From the NCBI GenBank assembly GCA_040511655.1, contig JBEVGQ010000180.1:1-44848 (forward strand): a stretch of DNA of 44,848 nucleotides. Direction: 5' to 3'. This DNA is from Aeromicrobium sp. GTDB lineage: Bacteria; Actinomycetota; Actinomycetes; Propionibacteriales; Nocardioidaceae. The translations under genes and the position numbers were made by a program. The notes under the pieces are model-generated. The model did no database searches. It had not been told where the DNA came from and saw only the letters and a list, made by a program, of their open reading frames with translations. Each line of letters opens with the position of its first letter. The stretch's first letter is position 1. Of the stretch, positions 38,269 through 44,848 are shown piece after piece.

Positions 38269-39081
38269 ATGTCAGCACGACTGCAGGGCAAGGTCGCATT
38301 CATCACCGGCGCGGCACGGGGTCAAGGGCGCGCCCACGCGGTGCGGCTCGCATCGGAGGGGGCGGACATCATCGCCCTCGATCTGGCCGGCACCCTTCCG
38401 GACGTCCCCTACGACTCTCCGACCCTGGACGACCTGGGCCACACCGCGAAGCTGGTCGAGGCCGAAGGCCGACAGGTCGTCACGATCCAGGCCGACACCA
38501 GAGACCTGGAGACCATGCGAAGCCGCCTCGACGAGGCGGTCGCCCAGCTCGGACGACTCGACGTCGTGGTCGGCAATGCAGGAATCTGCGTCCCGGCCGC
38601 GTGGTCCGACATCACGCCCGAGATGTTCGGCACCATGATGGACATCAACGTCACGGGCACGTGGAACACCGTGATGGCCAGTGCGCCTCACCTCATCACG
38701 TCGGGCGGCGGGTCGATCATCCTGACGAGCTCGTACGCCGCTCGCAAGATGACCCCGTTCATGGTCCACTACACCGCCAGCAAGCACGCGGTCACAGGAC
38801 TCACGCGCGCCTTCGCCGCCGAGCTCGGTCAGTACGGCATCCGGGTCAACAGCATCCACCCGGGTGCCGTGGACACGCCGATGGGGTCCGAACAGCTCGT
38901 TGCGGCGCTGAACCGGGCGACAGAGTCCAACCCGAACCTCGGTCAGATCGCCACCTACGTGGAGCAGAAGCTCGCCGATCCTGAGCAGATCGCGGCAACC
39001 GTGGCCTTCCTGGCTTCGGACGACGCCGACTTCATCACCTCGGAGCAGGTCAGCATCGACGGGGGAGCCCAGCACTTCTAG
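38269..39081 (+). CDS. Mycofactocin-coupled SDR (carveol dehydrogenase-like, TIGR03971 type)
   Basis: KVAFITGAARGQGRAHAVRLASEGADIIALD plus the insertion LPDVPYDSPTLDDL; HYTASKH; RVNSIHPG. Confidence 0.9.
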   Translation: MSARLQGKVAFITGAARGQGRAHAVRLASEGADIIALDLAGTLPDVPYDSPTLDDLGHTAKLVEAEGRQVVTIQADTRDLETMRSRLDEAVAQLGRLDVVVGNAGICVPAAWSDITPEMFGTMMDINVTGTWNTVMASAPHLITSGGGSIILTSSYAARKMTPFMVHYTASKHAVTGLTRAFAAELGQYGIRVNSIHPGAVDTPMGSEQLVAALNRATESNPNLGQIATYVEQKLADPEQIAATVAFLASDDADFITSEQVSIDGGAQHF

Positions 39082-39100
39082 CCGGAATCGATCGGGATGC

Positions 39101-39136
39101 GAACGGTCCCCGGGCGTCGACGCCTGGGGATCGTTC
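39101..39136. terminator. Hairpin between convergent genes (probably bidirectional terminator)
   Basis: GAACGGTCCCCGGGCG-TCGA-CGCCTGGGGATCGTTC, with two G-U pairs on the + strand. Confidence 0.65.
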
Positions 39137-39209
39137 CTGGTCCATCAGGTTCGTCGCAGGATCCTCGCTGGGCTGATCACCTCGATCTGTGCCAGCAGGT
39201 CCTCGGCGC

Positions 39210-40307
39210 TCACGACGTCACCCCGGTGGGCACGACCACGGCCTTGCTGGCCTCGCCTCGACGCACGCACTCGATGGCGGACTGCGTCTCGGCCAGCTCG
39301 AAGCGGTGCGATATCAAGCTGTCGAAGTCTCGTTCTCGTCCGTGCTCGCCGGCGACCTCGACCGCGCGCTGGAAGTCGGCCAGGCCGTTGCCGAGGCTTC
39401 CCCTGATCACCAGGTCGCGGTTGTTGATGACGACGGGGTTGAAGGCGACGGTGGCTGACCCCGAGTAGATCCCCATGACCAGGTAGGTGCCGGCGACGGC
39501 GACCATCGAGACGCCCTCGGTGAACGCCGAGACGTGACCGGCGGCCTCGATCACGACGTCGGCCCCACGTCCGTCGGTGAGGTCCATGATCTCGGCCACC
39601 CGCTGCTCCCCGGTCGATCCAGCGAGCGCGATCGCGTGGTCGGCCCCGAACCGGGCGGCCGCGGTCAGGCGTGACGACGGGTCGCCCACGATGATGATGT
39701 GCGCCGCCCCGGACAGGGAACTGCTCAAGCAGGCGGCGAGGCCCACCGGTCCCGCGCCCTGCACCACGACCGTCGCCCCGGACAGATCGCCGAGTCGTCG
39801 AACTCCGCCGAGCGCCGTCGGCAGTGCGCAACCGAACGCGATCGCAGACTCGGACGTCGTGTGATCGGCGAGACGGTAGAAGGCGGAGGTGTCCTTGATC
39901 GTGGCGTAGTCCTGGTAGCCAGCTGACGTCGCGGCCCCGTACGGCACGGGCCAGGCGAGGGCCTCGCACAGTGCCGTCGACCCGCCCGCGGCGCACACGC
40001 TACAGCTGCCGCACGGTGTCGGTGGGGACCAGGAGACGCGGTCACCGACGCTCAGTGTCGCACCGGCACGATCGCCGGTGACCTCATCCCCGAGGGCGTC
40101 GACCACACCCACCCCCTCGTGTCCGAAGCAGATCGGGGTCGCCGGCGTCCTGACGTCACCGCTGAGGCGGTGGGCGTCGGTGCCGCACACGCCGGCATGC
40201 GTGACCCGCACGAGGAGCTCGTGCGGAGCCGGTGCGGGTACCTCGTGGGACCTGATCTCGAGTGGTCGGCCAGCCTGCGTGAAGACGACACTTCGTCCGA
40301 TTCTCAC
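39210..40307 (-). CDS. Zn-dependent alcohol dehydrogenase (MDR; CamD/TM0436-like)
   Basis: CGTDAH, GHEG, structural Zn CGSCSVC...C, GCALPT, VVVQGAGPVG; RBS GGAGG before GTG 40307. Confidence 0.9.
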   Translation of the reverse strand: MRIGRSVVFTQAGRPLEIRSHEVPAPAPHELLVRVTHAGVCGTDAHRLSGDVRTPATPICFGHEGVGVVDALGDEVTGDRAGATLSVGDRVSWSPPTPCGSCSVCAAGGSTALCEALAWPVPYGAATSAGYQDYATIKDTSAFYRLADHTTSESAIAFGCALPTALGGVRRLGDLSGATVVVQGAGPVGLAACLSSSLSGAAHIIIVGDPSSRLTAAARFGADHAIALAGSTGEQRVAEIMDLTDGRGADVVIEAAGHVSAFTEGVSMVAVAGTYLVMGIYSGSATVAFNPVVINNRDLVIRGSLGNGLADFQRAVEVAGEHGRERDFDSLISHRFELAETQSAIECVRRGEASKAVVVPTGVTS

Positions 40308-40450
40308 GATTCCTCCATCATGGGTTCGCTGGACAACGACCATGTGCTGTTCGTTCAAGGTCGACCGGGTACTGGGTTGCTCGTCCGGATGCCGCAGCGG
40401 CCGGAGCCCTCGGGCCGGAACATCTGCTGCCCAGAAGATGACCCGGGCGG

Positions 40451-40514
40451 TTGACAAGTGTGCTCCGCAACCCGAGAATTGGTCATATAGTTGCACAAAT
40501 GATCGAATAATCGA
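40451..40514 (+). promoter_or_regulatory. Promoter TTGACA-N17-GAGAAT with operator half-site TCGAATAATCGA
   Basis: The 12-mer at 40503-40514 is identical to 33669-33680. Confidence 0.65.
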
Positions 40515-40608
40515 ATGTTTCGGACCGTGTCGGCAAGGACTGGCCCTCGACCGTGCATGGCACGGCTCACGAGGCCATGAGACCACCGAGCAGAGAGAAG
40601 AAGGCGCC

Positions 40609-42156
40609 ATGACGCTCTTGTCGTACCTCAAGGCTCCGAAGCCGCGGCCCTCCGTGGTGATCATCGGCGGTGGATTCGGCGGCATCGGCGCAGCCGTGCA
40701 GCTGAAGCAGGCCGGCTTCGACCGTTTCACCGTGCTGGAGCGCGCCGACGGTCCCGGCGGGACCTGGTGGCACAACTCCTACCCAGGAGCCGAGGTCGAC
40801 ACGCCGTCGGTGCTGTACTCGTACTCCTTCATGCCCTGGAAGTGGACCCGCACGCACGTGCGACAGGCCGAGCTGCAGGAGTACCAGTGTGCCGTCATCG
40901 AGCGGTTCGGCATCGCCGAGCACATGCGTTTCGGTGTCACGGTCGACCGCGTCGTCTGGGACGAGCCGAAGCAGGAATGGGCGATCTGGTCCGGCGGTGA
41001 GGAGATCATGCGTGCCAACCACGTGATCAGCGCCGTCGGTCTGCTCGGTGACCCGAAGCTGCCGTCGTGGCCCGGCCTCGATGACTTCGAAGGTCCGAAG
41101 TTCCACACCGCGCAGTGGGATCACTCCTTCGATCCGACCGGCAAGCGCATCGCCGTGGTCGGGTCGGGCTCCACCGCCGTCCAGGTCGTGCCGGCGCTGT
41201 CGGAGGTGGCCTCGGAGGTCATCATGTTCCAGCGCGAGCCGGGCTGGGTGGTTCCGAAGCTGGCTCGGCCGTACACCGACGTCGAGCGCAAGGCCCTCGA
41301 CTCCCGAGTCGCCCAGCGCGTGTTCCGCACCACCATGCTCGTGCAGCGCGAGCGAGCGCAGATCAACGGCGCGGTCTATCGCCCCGGGACCAAGGAGAAC
41401 GACGGTCTTCGCAAGGTCGCGGAGGACTTCATCCATCGCACCCTGGAGGGCAGGCCGGACTTGATCGAGGCCGTGACCCCGAACTATGTGTTCAACGGGA
41501 AGCGACCGATCATCTCCGACGAGTTCTATCCGTCGTTGCTCAAGCCCCAAGTGACCTTGGTGCCGTACGCCGTGCAGTCGGTCACCAAGAACGGCGTGAT
41601 CGACGTGAACGGCAAGCCGCACGAGGTCGATGCGCTGGTCATGTCGACCGGTTTCAAGGCCGACTTCCTGACGACATTCGAGGTCGTGGGGCGCGAAGGT
41701 CGCACGATTCACGAGATCTGGGACGGTGACGAGACCGCCTTCCTCGGGATGATGGTCGAGGATCTGCCCAACTTCTTCCTCCTGTACGGGCCCAACACGA
41801 ACGGCGGCACGATCCTGACGAGCCTGGAGCTGCAGATCAAGTACGTGGTCTCGGCCATCACGAGCGCGTGGAAGCGCCGAGCGTCCTCGGTCGAGATCCG
41901 TCCTGTGGTGATGCAGGCCTATGACCGCTGGCTACAGGAGCGGCTCAAGGGCACCGCCTTTCATTTCGAGAACAACTACTACCGCAGCGCCTCGGGGCGA
42001 ATCGCCACACAGTGGGGTGACGGGGTCATCTATTACGGGCTCTTGACCAAGCTGTTCCGCGGGCCGGTGTGGAAGTTCAACTATCGCGTGGGTGAGAGTA
42101 CGCCGAACAGGCCCCAGCAGCTTCGTCCGACCCCGTTTCGCCAGCACGTCTCCTGA
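40609..42156 (+). CDS. Baeyer-Villiger-type flavoprotein monooxygenase
   Basis: GGGFGG, GGTWWHNSYPGAEVD, FEGPKFHTAQW (FxGxxxHxxxW), GSGSTA, STGF, PNFFLLYGPNT. Confidence 0.92.
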   Translation: MTLLSYLKAPKPRPSVVIIGGGFGGIGAAVQLKQAGFDRFTVLERADGPGGTWWHNSYPGAEVDTPSVLYSYSFMPWKWTRTHVRQAELQEYQCAVIERFGIAEHMRFGVTVDRVVWDEPKQEWAIWSGGEEIMRANHVISAVGLLGDPKLPSWPGLDDFEGPKFHTAQWDHSFDPTGKRIAVVGSGSTAVQVVPALSEVASEVIMFQREPGWVVPKLARPYTDVERKALDSRVAQRVFRTTMLVQRERAQINGAVYRPGTKENDGLRKVAEDFIHRTLEGRPDLIEAVTPNYVFNGKRPIISDEFYPSLLKPQVTLVPYAVQSVTKNGVIDVNGKPHEVDALVMSTGFKADFLTTFEVVGREGRTIHEIWDGDETAFLGMMVEDLPNFFLLYGPNTNGGTILTSLELQIKYVVSAITSAWKRRASSVEIRPVVMQAYDRWLQERLKGTAFHFENNYYRSASGRIATQWGDGVIYYGLLTKLFRGPVWKFNYRVGESTPNRPQQLRPTPFRQHVS

Positions 42157-42179
42157 CCACTGAAGGGAAGTCGATCACG

Positions 42180-42374
42180 ATGATGAAGAGGATCCTGGTG
42201 CTGGGAGTCGGCGCAACGGCGGCGTGGCGGGTCGCTCCGTTCGTCCCGCGTGCCCTGGAGCACTACCGCGCCACCAGGGTGCTGCAGACCATGGAGATCA
42301 GCATGGTCATGCGGCCCAAGGAGGCGTCGGCCGCCAGTGCCGAGGACGGGGTGCTGCTCGACTCCGAGGTGTAG
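42180..42374 (+). CDS. Small hypothetical protein (64 aa) with hydrophobic N-terminus
   Basis: RBS-like GAAGGGAAG; GC-rich third codon positions; follows the BVMO gene. Confidence 0.45.
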   Translation: MMKRILVLGVGATAAWRVAPFVPRALEHYRATRVLQTMEISMVMRPKEASAASAEDGVLLDSEV

Positions 42375-42425
42375 CTCGACCGGCAGCGCAGCCCCATGGA
42401 CGGCCGTGGACGGCGTGTCGTGCTG

Positions 42426-43307
42426 TTAGGCCGACACGGCTGCCGCGACGACTCTCAGGCGCTCGGCGACGTCCTCGATCTGACGTCCGGACATGGCGGC
42501 GGGAAAGTTGGTCATGACCAGTGCCAGCTCGACCTGACGGTCTCTCCCGAGGAGAGGGACACCGATCCAGTCGACCGGGTGGACGACGTCGGGACGGGGG
42601 TCGGTGATCAGGTACGTCGTCCTGCTCATCTGCGCGAGGAGCGTGTTGATCGCCTCACGCGGCTCTTCTTGGGCGTCGCCGGCATTGGTCGCGAACTCGG
42701 TGAGCGCGTTCTCCAGCTGGTCCTTGGCATCGACGCGCAGAGCGACTGCGAAGCCACGGGTGCGGATGTCTTCCAGGATGCCCAGATGCGTCGGCAGGTC
42801 ACTCGGATCGATGTCGACGCGTGACTGAGTGAGCCACTGGTCGATCTCGGACTGATCCCGCCATGCGACGAACAGTGACCCCATGGGTGGCTCGAGCGGC
42901 GACCCGCGTTGTCCCTCACGGAACGTGGTGCGGACCCGTGCGGGGTTCCCGGCGGCCGACAGCACGACGATCCAGTCTCCGATGGCTGCGCTGATCAGGC
43001 AGTGCGACCCGTGATCGGCGGCCAGCCTGCGCATGGCCGGTCGGAGCGCTTCGACCACCTGCGCTCGTCTCCCGAGCGACGCACGCCCGATCGGGATCAG
43101 GCGCGGGCCCAGGCGTACGCGACGCTGATCGGTATCCCGCACGAGGTATCCCGCGTCGAGCAGCTCGCCGACGACGGCGTGCAGGGTGGCCTTGCTGATG
43201 GTGAGCTCACGATCCAGCTCGGTCAACGAGTAGCTCGTGCCCGGCTGGCGAGCCAGGAAGTTCAGGACCTCGACGACGCGACGGGTCGGATTCGATGGTT
43301 GAGCCAC
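42426..43307 (-). CDS. IclR-family regulator (copy 2)
   Basis: Clear paralogue of 29943..30833 (SNPTRRVVEVLNFLAR, ISKATLHAVVG, GSLFVAW, PREAINxLL, VDWIGVP). Confidence 0.88.
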   Translation of the reverse strand: MAQPSNPTRRVVEVLNFLARQPGTSYSLTELDRELTISKATLHAVVGELLDAGYLVRDTDQRRVRLGPRLIPIGRASLGRRAQVVEALRPAMRRLAADHGSHCLISAAIGDWIVVLSAAGNPARVRTTFREGQRGSPLEPPMGSLFVAWRDQSEIDQWLTQSRVDIDPSDLPTHLGILEDIRTRGFAVALRVDAKDQLENALTEFATNAGDAQEEPREAINTLLAQMSRTTYLITDPRPDVVHPVDWIGVPLLGRDRQVELALVMTNFPAAMSGRQIEDVAERLRVVAAAVSA

Positions 43308-44083
43308 CGCACGTGCACCCCTCTTGGTCGAGCGACTCGGGGGCATGTGGCCCCCGCCTGGTGGACACGATATGCCAGCGACGCTGCTCGTGAGCACGGA
43401 GTTCGACCTCGCCACTTCACCAGGACGTTCCGGGCCTGCTGGGCGTGGTCGGGGGGGTGCGTCATCCGCCGTCACCTGGCAGGCCTCCACGAACGTGCTC
43501 GGATAGACGCTGACACGTCGCGTGCTGTGCCGATAGCCGGTGAGCTCGGTGGTGGCGCAGTCCTGACGAGGTGAGGCGTGCGGGTCACTCCGAAGACGTG
43601 GCAAGGCGAATGCGTTGCCATTCCGCAGCGGATCGACGCGGCGACCGCACCACGGTGGCGCGGAATCGTACTGCTGTGCCGGCGTATCCGGTGGGGTCGC
43701 TCAGGACGATCATCATCGCAGGTCGAGGGCGCGGCAGCGGGCACTGTGATGTGGGTGCTGCGCGCGGAGTCGAATCAATTCAACTAATCATTTAACTGTA
43801 TGTAATGTATGGTGAGGGTGTAGTTCATGCAAGGAGGCGGGGATCATGAGCAGCACCATGGCCGATACGAAGAGCGTGCGTGATGCCGAAACCGACCGGG
43901 CCTGGACACCGCGAGCGCCGTCGACCGAGTTGGTCTCAACGGCACAGCTTTCGGTGGTACGAATGCTGTGACCAGGGCTGAGGGGTTCGAGCCAGGCTCG
44001 CGGCGCACGGATGGTGAGACCGTCACCGACGAGCGCGAAGGTGCTGCGCCGGCCCAGTCTCTCGTTGGCCTGAAGTTGGTCTG

Positions 44084-44455
44084 ATGATGGTGTCGAGCAA
44101 GTCGATCGCAACCATTCGGCGGACGGCGAAGGAGTGCCTCAGCGACAGTCATTTTGAGCGTTTCTTGCACGAGGAACTCTTGACAGCGCTGGAGGTCGGC
44201 GAGCTGCTTGACATCCCACCGCCGTTCCGTGCCGTTAGGCGATGGCGTGGAGACGGTCATGTGCTCGCGCTTCCAGTGGCCCGGGGCTTTCTGTACCCGG
44301 CGTTCCAGATCGACCATGAGCGGCGGAGACTCGACCCGCTCGTCGTAGCGTTCGTGAAAGCGCGCCGCGACCACAGCGCCTGGACGCAGCTGGCCCTGTG
44401 GTACGAGAGGAAGTTCGAGCTCTCGACATCCGCCGGAAGGACGTCGATCACATGA
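44084..44455 (+). pseudogene. HTH protein of the actinobacterial antitoxin/Rv2175c-like type, probably degraded
   Basis: LLTALEVGELL...VRRWR...LALP...YPAFQ...W..LALW. An RBS plus ATG at 43847 leads into premature stops. Confidence 0.45.
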
Positions 44456-44848
44456 GTAGCGATCTTGTTCTGATCGACGCTCCCGGCGGCAAGGTGATCA
44501 AGCCGTCGCTCGAGCTGCTGACGATCGTGGTCTCGGGTGGTCGTGGCACCGGTGGCGACTTCACCGAGGTCGAGGCGTTCGCCGACAGCCTCGGTGCCGC
44601 CGTGGGCGCCTCGCGTGCTGCGGTCGACTCCGGTTGGTACCCGCACAGCTTCCAGGTCGGCCAGACCGGTAAGACGGTCTCGCCGCAGCTGTACGTCGCC
44701 AACGGCATCTCCGGGGCCATCCAGCACCGGGCGGGCATGCAGACGTCCAAGACGATCGTCGCGGTCAACAAGGACGACGAGGCCCCGATCTTCGAGCTCG
44801 TCGACTTCGGCGTGGTCGGCGACCTCAAAGCCGTCCTCCCGCAAGCCA
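44452..44848 (+). pseudogene. etfA: Electron transfer flavoprotein alpha subunit with an in-frame internal deletion; 3' end lies beyond the window
   Basis: Not in the ORF track. [25 protein letters not shown] is joined to VVSGGRG...[11 protein letters not shown]...[27 protein letters not shown]...AVNKD. Confidence 0.8.

Noticed and set aside
1-44848. Many long alternative ORFs (e.g. 786..2363, 6167..8584, 17782..19032, 20533..21873, 35962..37185)
   Set aside because: They are antisense or off-frame shadows of motif-bearing genes, expected in high-GC DNA, with R/A/G/P-rich or V/D/L-rich composition and no motifs.
1-44848. CRISPR array, tRNA, rRNA, integrase or att sites
   Set aside because: I saw no regularly spaced repeats, cloverleaf or recombinase motifs. 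The recurring intergenic motif is irregularly spaced and promoter-linked.

Overview
High-GC actinobacterial DNA, probably Nocardioidaceae-like (inferred from gene content). Positions 1 to ~11.6 kb look like core genome: a PRK14975-type 3'-5' exonuclease/DNA polymerase, MFS transporter, RNase HI, SNF2-type helicase, YibE/F protein, APH-type phosphotransferase, DUF985 cupin and DUF2071 protein. An internally deleted IS3 relic at 11650-12034 opens a decaying catabolic island of at least 33 kb that runs to the right edge. Part (i) is a GntR-led, translationally coupled operon: ALDH, beta-hydroxyacid dehydrogenase, AHL-lactonase-family MBL, acyl-CoA dehydrogenase, ADP-forming CoA ligase, ECH fusion, MmgE/PrpD and NUDIX. 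Part (ii) is a set of units containing LLM (probably F420) oxidoreductases, a type II FMO, a BVMO, a cyclase-family hydrolase, SDRs (one mycofactocin-type), a CamD-like Zn-dehydrogenase and a DddD-like tandem CoA-transferase. These units share sigma70-type promoters and a dispersed TAGATAG(T/A)C(G)AAT operator-like motif, and two IclR paralogues with identical recognition helices lie among them. Several genes are reduced by internal deletions that keep both ends, such as a mini-EtfA and a 29-aa bridging ORF. No rRNA, tRNA, CRISPR array or integrase was seen. Family calls come from motif recognition and remembered sequences, not database searches.
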